The position numbers and the translations under genes are program-made. DNA of 64,000 bases from Nitrososphaerota archaeon (GTDB lineage: Archaea; Thermoproteota; Nitrososphaeria_A; Caldarchaeales; Calditenuaceae): contig JBEPYO010000001.1 of the NCBI GenBank assembly GCA_041641295.1, forward strand, positions 416,001-480,000. Reading direction: 5' to 3'. The first letter of the stretch is position 1, and the number at the start of each line of letters is the position of its first letter. The notes below the pieces were generated by a model. That model saw only the letters and a program-made list of their open reading frames with translations, had not been told where the DNA came from and ran no database searches. Below are positions 20,320-29,891 of this stretch, piece after piece.

Positions 20320-21258
20320 TCAGCGGTAGTCTTCGTGCCTGACTATGTTTAGTGGCTTCTCGCCTTTCAGATATCTTACAACATTTTCGACGGCCTGCCG
20401 CAGCATCTCTTCATAGGTTTCCCTGGAGCTGGCCGCCCCAGCTACCCAAGGCGTGGAGAGGGTGTTAGGGAGTGAGTATACGTCAGAGTCCTCTGATGGG
20501 CTTCGAATATTCCACCAGACATCGTTCGCGAATATGAATGAGGGGTTCTCCTTGAGGAATCTCACTAGGTCCTCCTTGACCACTATGGGCGCTCTACCCA
20601 CGTTTACTAGTATCCCGTCACGCTTCATGAGGCACAATCTCTCATAAGTTATGAGGCCGCGGGTGTGCTTGGTGAGGGGCAGGGCTATTACGGCGTAGTC
20701 GCACCCCTTCAACGCCTCGTCGATCCTCTCAGGAGGGTAGAACTCGTCTACTACAGCCCCACTCCTGAGAGACCTACCGTAGCCCACAACATGCATCTTG
20801 AACGCCTTAGCAATCTCAGCCACCCTAGTGCCGATCGCACCGAGCCCGAGAATGCATATTCTTCGCCCGTGAAGCATTTTCGACTCTCCTACAACTTCAA
20901 AGTTTCCACCCCTAACCCGCTGGTCAAAGAAAGTTATGCGTTTCGCAGCAGCTAACAGCAGTGCGAACGCGTGCTCCGCGACTGCGTCCGCGTTTGACCC
21001 CACATTGCTAGCCACGGTCACGTCCTCTCGTATGTGGCTCCAGGGAAGGGAGTCAACACCTGCATAGACACACTGTATGAATCGCAGATTCTTCATGGCA
21101 TCGAGATCCTGCCCCGTGACGGGCCCGCAGAGCAAGACGGTCACGCGGCTTAGGTCTGGTGCGCCACCCTCCCCCACCTCGTACACTTCGGCATAGTCCT
21201 CGATCATGCGTCTGAGTTCCGGCTTCAGCTTAACCGTGCTGTACACCACCTGTTTCAA
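20320..21258 (-). CDS. D-2-hydroxyacid dehydrogenase family protein
   Basis: AGVD, AVAEHA, GLGAIG, LPLT..T.GLI, NVGR, TPWVAG. Confidence 0.9.
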   Translation of the reverse strand: MKQVVYSTVKLKPELRRMIEDYAEVYEVGEGGAPDLSRVTVLLCGPVTGQDLDAMKNLRFIQCVYAGVDSLPWSHIREDVTVASNVGSNADAVAEHAFALLLAAAKRITFFDQRVRGGNFEVVGESKMLHGRRICILGLGAIGTRVAEIAKAFKMHVVGYGRSLRSGAVVDEFYPPERIDEALKGCDYAVIALPLTKHTRGLITYERLCLMKRDGILVNVGRAPIVVKEDLVRFLKENPSFIFANDVWWNIRSPSEDSDVYSLPNTLSTPWVAGAASSRETYEEMLRQAVENVVRYLKGEKPLNIVRHEDYR

Positions 21259-21324
21259 TTCGAGGGACTAGGAATAGCCGGCCGTGATATATTTAATCCT
21301 AGACTAGTGGCTGATCTTTTCTCC

Positions 21325-21396
21325 CGGGCCCGGTGGGATTCGAACCCACGACCTTCCGGTTAACAGCCGGGCGCTCTACCACTGAGCTACGGGCCC
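21325..21396 (-). tRNA. tRNA-Asn (GTT), no intron, CCA not encoded
   Basis: Cloverleaf: GGGCCCG/CGGGCCC acceptor, loop CT-GTT-AA, GTTCGAATC T-arm; TATA (TAAATATAA) upstream. Confidence 0.96.
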
Positions 21397-21435
21397 AAGG
21401 AACGTCCGCTGGTGGTGTTATATTTACCTAACATG

Positions 21436-22668
21436 CTATGTCAATCCCTTCTCGGCCAAGTAGAGCTTCGCTATGTTTCGGGCGACTGTTGATTTTCTGG
21501 CCTTTGATATCGGGTAGATTTTTCCTGACCGTCCGACTACTGTCACCTCGTTGAATGCTGAGGCGAAGCCGATGTCCCTGCGGGAGACGTCGTTGACAAC
21601 GACCATCAGTGGGTTTAGATGGGATAGGCTCTCTACAACCTTCGCCAAGCCTTCGCCTAGCCCGTAGGCTGCCTTGAAAGGTATAATCTCGATCTCTGGG
21701 AACTTCTTCCTGACTGAATCGAGTATCTTGGGTGTCGCCTCAAGTTCTAAGACAATCTTGGGGTGGGTGGCGGTCTCGATCTTCTCGTCGATTGTGCGGA
21801 CTGGTTTGTAGTCTGCTACGGCCGCTGCCGAGAAGAATGCTTCTGCCCCTTCCGCCTCTTCTAAGACAGCCTTCTCCATCTCTTTGCTCGACTCGACTCT
21901 TCTGACCTTGAGGCCTGTGGGAGGTTCGATGTGTGTGGGGCCCAGCACCAGAGAGACCTCGCCTCCAAGCATCCGCAGACTTCTAGCCATCTCGATGCCC
22001 ATCAACCCGCTACTAGGGTTTGAGATGTAGCGAACCCTGTCAATGTATTCTCGAGTAGGCCCGGCGCTCACTACGAAGCGCCTACCCTTTAATGGCTTGG
22101 GAGAAAGATGGTAGATAACCTCGTCAACTATGTGCGTCTCGGGGGCCAGCTTGGCCTTTGACTCCTCCACCACCGGCTCAACTACCCCAACCCCCATTTC
22201 TTTTAGACGTCTAAGCGATTCCACCACAGCTGGATTATTCGTCATGGAGGCGTGCATCGCTGGCGCAACCACGACCGGAATCCTAGACCCGAGCGCGGCG
22301 GAGCATACAAGTGTGACTGGATTGTCTGAGACTCCCAGACTCATTTTGACGAGGGTGTTCGCGGTGGCCGGTGCGACTAACACTAGGTCCACCCGTCCCT
22401 TCCCCTCTGTAAGCTCGACGTGCTCCACACGGCCACCTATCTCGACTATGGGAGTGTTTCCAGTGGCCCACTCCATTAGTTGGGGGTTTAGCAGTTTAGA
22501 AGCGTCAGGTGTCATTACTGGAATGACGTCGGCGCCGTGCCTGATTAGGGCCCTCGCGATGTCTGGAGCCCTGTATACTGAGATGCTCCCAGTTAGACAG
22601 TGGGCTATACGCAGGCCCGAAAGCTCGTCTCCCCATGACCCTCGAATCGAATCGCCCGACTCACTCAT
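21436..22668 (-). CDS. coaBC: Bifunctional phosphopantothenoylcysteine decarboxylase/synthetase
   Basis: TGSIS, APATAN, APAMHASM, AGPTREYIDRVRYISNPSSG, AAVADY. Confidence 0.95.
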   Translation of the reverse strand: MSESGDSIRGSWGDELSGLRIAHCLTGSISVYRAPDIARALIRHGADVIPVMTPDASKLLNPQLMEWATGNTPIVEIGGRVEHVELTEGKGRVDLVLVAPATANTLVKMSLGVSDNPVTLVCSAALGSRIPVVVAPAMHASMTNNPAVVESLRRLKEMGVGVVEPVVEESKAKLAPETHIVDEVIYHLSPKPLKGRRFVVSAGPTREYIDRVRYISNPSSGLMGIEMARSLRMLGGEVSLVLGPTHIEPPTGLKVRRVESSKEMEKAVLEEAEGAEAFFSAAAVADYKPVRTIDEKIETATHPKIVLELEATPKILDSVRKKFPEIEIIPFKAAYGLGEGLAKVVESLSHLNPLMVVVNDVSRRDIGFASAFNEVTVVGRSGKIYPISKARKSTVARNIAKLYLAEKGLT

Positions 22669-22711
22669 CCATAAGACAATGGTCGTGGAACTCTAAATAT
22701 CCTCTTCTCAG

Positions 22712-23311
22712 CTATCTCTTGGCGGTTTTGAGAAAGTTTTCCAGTATTTTGTGCCCCTCCTCCGTCATTATTGACTCTGGGTGGAATTGGACGCCGTAGA
22801 TTGGATACTTCCTGTGCTCTAGGGCCATTATCTCGGCGTCGTCTAGGGCGACGGCCGTGATCTCCAAGGCTTCTGGGAGCGGGGGCTTGACAGCCAGTGA
22901 ATGGTAGCGGGCGACTCGGAGTGGGTTCTTAACGGCTTCGAAGATTCCCGAGCCGCTATGCCGCACCATACTCACCTTCCCGTGCATCAGCCTAGAAGCC
23001 CTTTCTACCCGCCCTCCAAAGACACAGACAATCCCCTGATGCCCAAGGCACACTCCCAGAACTGGGCGCTCCTTACCCATCTCCAAGATAATGTCGCCTG
23101 AGACGCCGAAGAACCTCCTATCAGCTGGATGGCCTGGCCCGGGTGATATGATGATCGCATCGGGGTCGAGTTTGAAGGCCTCCTCGAGGGTCAGCTTATT
23201 GTTTCTGAAGACTATTGGGTATGAGCCCAGCTCTCCGAGATACTGGACTATATTGTAGACAAATGAGTCGAAGTTATCTATCACCAGCACCTTTAGCACC
23301 ATCACCCTCAC
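22712..23311 (-). CDS. trpG: Anthranilate synthase component II (glutamine amidotransferase)
   Basis: IDNFDSF, ISPGPG, GVCLGHQ, RYHSL, QFHPES; overlaps trpE stop. Confidence 0.92.
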   Translation of the reverse strand: MRVMVLKVLVIDNFDSFVYNIVQYLGELGSYPIVFRNNKLTLEEAFKLDPDAIIISPGPGHPADRRFFGVSGDIILEMGKERPVLGVCLGHQGIVCVFGGRVERASRLMHGKVSMVRHSGSGIFEAVKNPLRVARYHSLAVKPPLPEALEITAVALDDAEIMALEHRKYPIYGVQFHPESIMTEEGHKILENFLKTAKR

Positions 23312-24690
23312 CTCGCCATCGCTGAGAGAAGTGCAGCCGCCTTATGCTCCGTCTCATACCACTCTGCCTCAGGCTTACTGTCTGCAACCACCCCCATACC
23401 CACCTGAATACTCGCCCTCGTGCCAGAGTGGCCTAGAAGCGTCCTAATGGTTATAGCGAAATCAGCACTGCCGTTGAAGGAAATATATCCTACACAGCCC
23501 GCATAGGGTCCACGCCTCACAGGCTCAAGCTCATCAATTATCTCGATGGCCCTGAGCTTAGGAGCGCCAGTCACGGTCCCGGCGGGGAAGGTGGCCTCGA
23601 GGGCGTCTATTGCGCTCAAGCCAAGCTTTAGTTCTCCAACTACGTGGGAGACGAGGTGCTGGACATGGCTGTACCTATGCACCTCCATCAGCGAGGCAAC
23701 CCTCACGGTCCCATACCTGCAGACCCGGCCAAGATCGTTACGCGCCAAGTCAACCAGCATTACATGCTCGGCCAGCTCCTTCTCGTCTCTCCTAAGCTCC
23801 TCCATCAATCTATCATCCTCTTCTGCACGCCCAGTCATCGGCCTGGTACCCGCAATCGGAAATGTCTCAACCCGAGACCCCTCGACCCTAACCAGCATCT
23901 CAGGACTAGTCCCAACAATCCACCTATCATCCAGCCTAAACACATACATGTATGGTGAAGGGTTAATCCGCCTCAACTCCCTATAGTATCCCAGATAACT
24001 CCCCGCCACCTCTACGTCAATCCTCCTAGAAGGGACGACCTGGAGAACATCCCCAGCAGCAATATACTCCTTCGCCCTAACCACCATCTCCTCGAACTCC
24101 TCCTTCGAAATGCTTGACCTAACGCTGACGGCACGTAGAGGCTCCTCATCCCCCTCATCCCTCACCAACCTTTTGACCTCCTCCCACTCTGCGCTCGGAT
24201 CACGGCCATAGATGTATGCCTCATTCATCCGGTGGTCGAATATAATACCCCGGTCGTAGATCCCGAACTCCATCTCTGGAAAGTCGTGTCCCGCCTTCTC
24301 TCTGAACTGGATATCCTCCCAGTATTTCACAGTCTCGAAGGAGACATATCCAACGGCCCCGCCTAGAAACCTGAATCTGTTCTCTCTATTCTTGGAGCTT
24401 AGAACGAGCTCTCCAAGAATCCGAATCGGGTTTTCAGCGTCTACCCTGAGCCTCACACCCTCCAACTTATCGAAAACCTCAAGCACACCATCCTCGACGA
24501 CTAGAGTCGCGACTGGATCCCAGCCAATAAAGGAAAATTCGGCCAACTTTCTCGGCCCGGAAACAGACTCTAGCAGATAGGTGCGCTCATATTCTTTTGA
24601 CAGTGCGCTGAAGATTTTGAAGGGTTGATAGCTGCAATCTATCTTCTCTACCTCAATATTCCGCTGACTTATCGCCTCTGCAAGGCCAAA
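23308..24690 (-). CDS. trpE: Anthranilate synthase component I; frame open from 24690 but no ATG/GTG/TTG until 24546
   Basis: YLLES motif lies upstream of the ORF-track start; NPSPYM, PIAGTR (Ala, not the PabB Lys), EHVMLVDLARND, GAPK, AITIRT. Confidence 0.93.
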   Translation of the reverse strand, partial: FGLAEAISQRNIEVEKIDCSYQPFKIFSALSKEYERTYLLESVSGPRKLAEFSFIGWDPVATLVVEDGVLEVFDKLEGVRLRVDAENPIRILGELVLSSKNRENRFRFLGGAVGYVSFETVKYWEDIQFREKAGHDFPEMEFGIYDRGIIFDHRMNEAYIYGRDPSAEWEEVKRLVRDEGDEEPLRAVSVRSSISKEEFEEMVVRAKEYIAAGDVLQVVPSRRIDVEVAGSYLGYYRELRRINPSPYMYVFRLDDRWIVGTSPEMLVRVEGSRVETFPIAGTRPMTGRAEEDDRLMEELRRDEKELAEHVMLVDLARNDLGRVCRYGTVRVASLMEVHRYSHVQHLVSHVVGELKLGLSAIDALEATFPAGTVTGAPKLRAIEIIDELEPVRRGPYAGCVGYISFNGSADFAITIRTLLGHSGTRASIQVGMGVVADSKPEAEWYETEHKAAALLSAMAR

Positions 24691-24709
24691 CTAAACCCCC
24701 TCTACTCAA
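24653..24709 (-). other. Upstream ORF MSRGGLVWPCRGDKSAEY with candidate +1 frameshift cassette into trpE
   Basis: TTG 28 nt below TTAAATA (24743-24737); GGGGGT-TTA-GTT-TGG-C; trpE frame opens at the +1 codon TTT. Confidence 0.55.
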
Positions 24710-24835
24710 CCCTCGCAGACACCAGCCCCCATCGGCTATTTAATCCTTCACCACCCCCACGCGTGGAAAAGCCATACCGCAAGGCCAGACAGCGCTAAAA
24801 TAGTGGCTTAAAACATATCGTGGTTGGGATAAGAT

Positions 24836-25231
24836 TTGAGCAGGCCAGCCGAGCTTGGATCAATCAAGGAGGGCAGCAACATCGTAATTGATGGCGAGCC
24901 GTGCCGCGTGGTCGAGGTTGAGAAGTCTAAGACAGGGAAGCACGGGTCGGCAAAGGTTAGGGTGGTGGCCATAGGCATTTTCGACGGCGTCAAACGGAAC
25001 ATAGTTGGCCCTTCGGACCAGAGGGTCGAGATACCGATAATCGAGAAGAGGTCGGGGCAGGTCGTAACGGTGGGCGAGGTGGTCTCGGTGATGGATAAAG
25101 ACACCCTAGAAATAGTCGAGATACCGCTTCCAGCAGAGGAGGAGCTGAGGGCAAAGCTCGAGCCTGGAGCCAATGTCGAGTACTGGGTCGTCCTTAATAG
25201 AAAGATGATAAGTCAGGTACGTAAAGAGTAG
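24836..25231 (+). CDS. eif5a: Translation factor aIF5A
   Basis: SKTGKHGSAK hypusination motif. Confidence 0.97.
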   Translation: MSRPAELGSIKEGSNIVIDGEPCRVVEVEKSKTGKHGSAKVRVVAIGIFDGVKRNIVGPSDQRVEIPIIEKRSGQVVTVGEVVSVMDKDTLEIVEIPLPAEEELRAKLEPGANVEYWVVLNRKMISQVRKE

Positions 25232-25331
25232 TATGCACTTTGTATGATGAGAATAGTAATTGATATTTAAGCTTTTCTACAACATTAAGCATAACTATTT
25301 ATACTACTGAAAATACACTATATTCCGCAGT

Positions 25332-25946
25332 ATGACAGCCGCAACATACAAACCCCATACAACACGCAAAGCAGCGCTGACAGGCCTCGAGACAGCGATA
25401 ATACTGATCAGCTTCGTCATCGTAGCAGCTGCCTTCTCGTTCGCCGTCTTAAACCTCGGACTCTTCACTACACAGAAAAGTGGAGAGGTGGTCCAAGCTG
25501 GAATCGACGAGGCAACCTCGGCGATAGAGACGGTAGGCTCGGTGATAGCTAGGAGCGACCTTAACTCAGGGAGCAGGCAGGTGGCTAACGTTACAATATT
25601 CTTCAAGGTTGCTGTAGGGAAGAGGCCTATTGACTTGCGGGTCGGCTCTCTCGTGGTAACCTATCACGACCCGAGGACAAGCATCGAGAACGTATACACG
25701 AGCAATGCAACCGCACCTGTGATATCCTTCAGCTCCCCCGGCGTCATCGTAAAGCAGATTGTAGGTGATGGGGACCATCTGATCGAGTTTGGAGAGCTCT
25801 GGTCGATAACTGTCGGTATCAGTGAGATGCAGTCTCTACAACCGACGGAGGTCTTCACTATTCAGTTGAAGCCGGTGATTGGCTCTGTGCTTAAGGTTGA
25901 GAGGAGGTTGCCGCCGTCCCTAGACCCGGTCATGGACTTGGCATAA
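25332..25946 (+). CDS. flaB: Archaellin (FlaB/ArlB-like)
   Basis: Class III signal peptide then LTGLETAIILISFVIVAAAFSFAVLNLG; GDGDHLIEFGE; C-terminal R.LP..LD..MDL. Confidence 0.9.
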   Translation: MTAATYKPHTTRKAALTGLETAIILISFVIVAAAFSFAVLNLGLFTTQKSGEVVQAGIDEATSAIETVGSVIARSDLNSGSRQVANVTIFFKVAVGKRPIDLRVGSLVVTYHDPRTSIENVYTSNATAPVISFSSPGVIVKQIVGDGDHLIEFGELWSITVGISEMQSLQPTEVFTIQLKPVIGSVLKVERRLPPSLDPVMDLA

Positions 25947-25982
25947 GAAACGATAATCTAACCGAGTACCTCCACACTCCAC

Positions 25983-26891
25983 CTATTTTTTGCCTTTATA
26001 CCACTCAACGTATTTTTTCACTATAGACTCGAGGCTGGTTCTGGGCATCCACCCAAGTATCTGTCTCGCATTAGCTATGTCGGCCCAGCTCATCAGGGGT
26101 TCGTGCTGTGAAAGCTCCTCCAGCAATATCTCCGCCCCACTACACGTCTCCCTGAGGACTAGTTCCGCCAAATCCCTTACGCTAACAGGCTTACCACACC
26201 CGATATTCAGCTTGTAGACGCCGGGCTCGAGGAAGAGTGCTTTGACGGTCGCATCAGCCACATCCCCGACATAGATGAAGTCTCTTGATGCGGGGACGAA
26301 CTCGCCCCCGATCCATCGGCCCCTGACTACTAGCGGCCTTCCATCCACAGCGTTTTCTACGAATATCTTCAGGACGTTTCGGCCACCCTCTCCAAGCACG
26401 TTGAAGTATCGTAGGATTGTCGCGTCGGTGCCGAAGCTCGCGTGGTAGTTTTGGGAGAGGAGTTCACAACAGAGTTTGCTGAGGCCGTATGGGTTCGTAG
26501 GTCTGACCTCTGCGTCCTCTCTAAGAGGAGGGGGAGCGTCTCCATAGACAGCTGCACTCGAGGCGAGCACAACCTTCTCCACTCCCAAGCGCCTCGCAGC
26601 CTCGAGGACGTTCAGGTGCACGGTGAAGTTGTTTTGGAGATACTTCTGTGGATGAAGCAGTGATTCGTGTACGTCGATGTATGCTGCAAGGTTCACCACA
26701 CCTCTAACCCCGCGCATGGCCTCTAGGACTGTGGAGAATTCCGCGGCGTCTCCCCTAACGATCTCCACACCCTCCGGCAAGTGTCCACCAGCTTCAGCCT
26801 TATCCAGGACCCGAACACCCTCGCCCATAGAAGCCAGGGACTCGACAACCCGCCTGCCGATATAGCCGAGACCACCTACGACAAGTATCAA
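25983..26891 (-). CDS. NAD-dependent epimerase/dehydratase (GalE-like)
   Basis: GGLGYIG, SSAAVYG, YGLSK, LRYFNV, RDFIYV. Confidence 0.92.
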   Translation of the reverse strand: MILVVGGLGYIGRRVVESLASMGEGVRVLDKAEAGGHLPEGVEIVRGDAAEFSTVLEAMRGVRGVVNLAAYIDVHESLLHPQKYLQNNFTVHLNVLEAARRLGVEKVVLASSAAVYGDAPPPLREDAEVRPTNPYGLSKLCCELLSQNYHASFGTDATILRYFNVLGEGGRNVLKIFVENAVDGRPLVVRGRWIGGEFVPASRDFIYVGDVADATVKALFLEPGVYKLNIGCGKPVSVRDLAELVLRETCSGAEILLEELSQHEPLMSWADIANARQILGWMPRTSLESIVKKYVEWYKGKK

Positions 26892-26946
26892 TCAACAGAG
26901 GTGAGCGCGGAGGCATCAATATAATTATCAGCACGCTCCCAGCCTG

Positions 26947-26960
26947 CAAAGACTTATAAG
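26947..26960 (+). promoter_or_regulatory. Putative BRE/TATA promoter of the 16S transcript
   Basis: CAAAGAC-TTATAAG about 200 nt upstream of mature 16S and upstream of the processing stem. Confidence 0.55.
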
Positions 26961-27155
26961 TAGCCCATCTACACATACACTTGGGCCAGGGCTCATAGGC
27001 GGCGCCACCGCCAAGGCAGGTGTAAAACACCTCAGCGATGAGGCGGTGACATCCGGCTCTGGCTATAATAGGGGTGAAGACCTGAGGGACCATAAACGAT
27101 CCTCAGGTCCAATGTGGGCCGCTTCCGTGCAGACCCCGCCAATAAAATTGGCCGG

Positions 27156-28647
<1,492 letters not shown>

Positions 28648-28654
28648 AAAATCT

Positions 28655-28690
28655 CACGGAAGCGGCCCACACATCACCCCTACATTTTTC
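28655..28690 (+). other. 3' arm of the pre-16S processing stem followed by a T-tract
   Basis: 28655-28671 is the exact reverse complement of 27113-27129; 28674-28682 pairs with 27069-27077; TTTTT at 28685-28689. Confidence 0.8.
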
Positions 28691-28763
28691 TAAATACATT
28701 CCACAGATAGGCTTCTCTCTAAGCCTGTATACGATTACGATCACAATATTGTGATTAAGCCCG

Positions 28764-29891
28764 CTACTGGGCTATTTCTTTTGGGCCCAGGCTTATTTTG
28801 GTTAGGTAGAGGTTTTCGTCGGGTCCGGGTGTGAGGAATATTTTGTCGGGGTATAGGATTGAGAGTTTGTTTATTGTGTCTCGGACCATTGTTGGCGTTG
28901 CTATTTGGTTGTTTTCGAGTAGTCTCATGCAGACCGCCATCTCTAGTAGGCTTACCTTTACCGGCCCGCCTAGCCAGGCTGACATTGTGTTGAATGTCTG
29001 GACTAGCTCTCTGTTTAACGCCTCCCTAGAGGGCCGGCCTGTGTAGGGGATGAAGAGCGGTGCTAGCATTGTGAAAATGTTTTCGCGGAGTCGTGATGGC
29101 GGGTAGGTGAGCGCCTTAGCCACCACCTCCTTATGGCTTAGAATCTGGTCAGAGACTGTGTACCGCCCTCTCCTGTATCTGTTGAGTATCCCCAAGTCGA
29201 CGAGCCATTCGAGCCTGGGTGGGACCACGTGTCGGTACTTGGCGTAGAGGCTGCTTCTAATCCAGAGGGCCTTTGTGGCGTATTTCAGCCTCTCCTCCCT
29301 GAACCTCTTAGCCATCTCTATCTTAGAGAGAATCTCTCCCCGCGCCCTTTTCCCTGCCGCCGTTAGCAGCGATGCTAGAGCTTGGGGGTAGAGTTCCTCC
29401 ATGACGTAGTTCATAGCGTCTATTCTCGCGAAGGTCTCGTGTTCTAATGCCCACCTGATTATGCCTGGGAGTATTAGGTAGTCTTGTGTGAGTAGTAGCC
29501 AAGTGAAGAAGACCTTGTCCACCGGTTTGAGTGAGATCAAGTCTAGGAGTGTTAGCTTCGTCTCTCCTTTGAGGTATGCGTCAATAGGTGATATGCTCCG
29601 TGTGAAGGCGTAGATGATTCCATTCTCTCCGAGTCTTTGTGTTTGCCGGTTGATGAGACCCAGCTCTGCTGCAAAGGAGACATAGTTTCTCGCAGCCACC
29701 GGGCTCCGTATCAAACCTATGACGTCTTGCCCTACCTGATGCCCCTCTTCAAGCTTTTTCAAGCTCTCCTCCAACACGGCGGCGATAAATCCCGGAGAGA
29801 CCTCTCTGCCGTGGGACTCGGTCTTGGCTGCCCCAACTATCAAGCGGAGGTAGCCGAGCCTACATACTTCGCCGTGAGTCTCAAGTATCAA
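28764..29891 (-). CDS. Hypothetical protein, probably tandem winged-helix DNA-binding domains
   Basis: ARNYVSFAAELGLI and PRLEWLVDLGIL..R.GRY.V resemble wHTH recognition helix plus wing; start overlaps MTase stop. Confidence 0.6.
   Translation of the reverse strand: MILETHGEVCRLGYLRLIVGAAKTESHGREVSPGFIAAVLEESLKKLEEGHQVGQDVIGLIRSPVAARNYVSFAAELGLINRQTQRLGENGIIYAFTRSISPIDAYLKGETKLTLLDLISLKPVDKVFFTWLLLTQDYLILPGIIRWALEHETFARIDAMNYVMEELYPQALASLLTAAGKRARGEILSKIEMAKRFREERLKYATKALWIRSSLYAKYRHVVPPRLEWLVDLGILNRYRRGRYTVSDQILSHKEVVAKALTYPPSRLRENIFTMLAPLFIPYTGRPSREALNRELVQTFNTMSAWLGGPVKVSLLEMAVCMRLLENNQIATPTMVRDTINKLSILYPDKIFLTPGPDENLYLTKISLGPKEIAQ

Noticed and set aside
21354-21370. C27-A43 mismatch in the tRNA-Asn anticodon stem as a sign of editing or decay
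   Set aside because: A mismatch at the top of this stem is commonly tolerated, and the rest of the cloverleaf is intact.
23308-24690. PabB (ADC synthase) call or trpE pseudogene
   Set aside because: PIAGT and NPSPYM indicate TrpE; the frame and catalytic motifs are intact and coupled to trpG.
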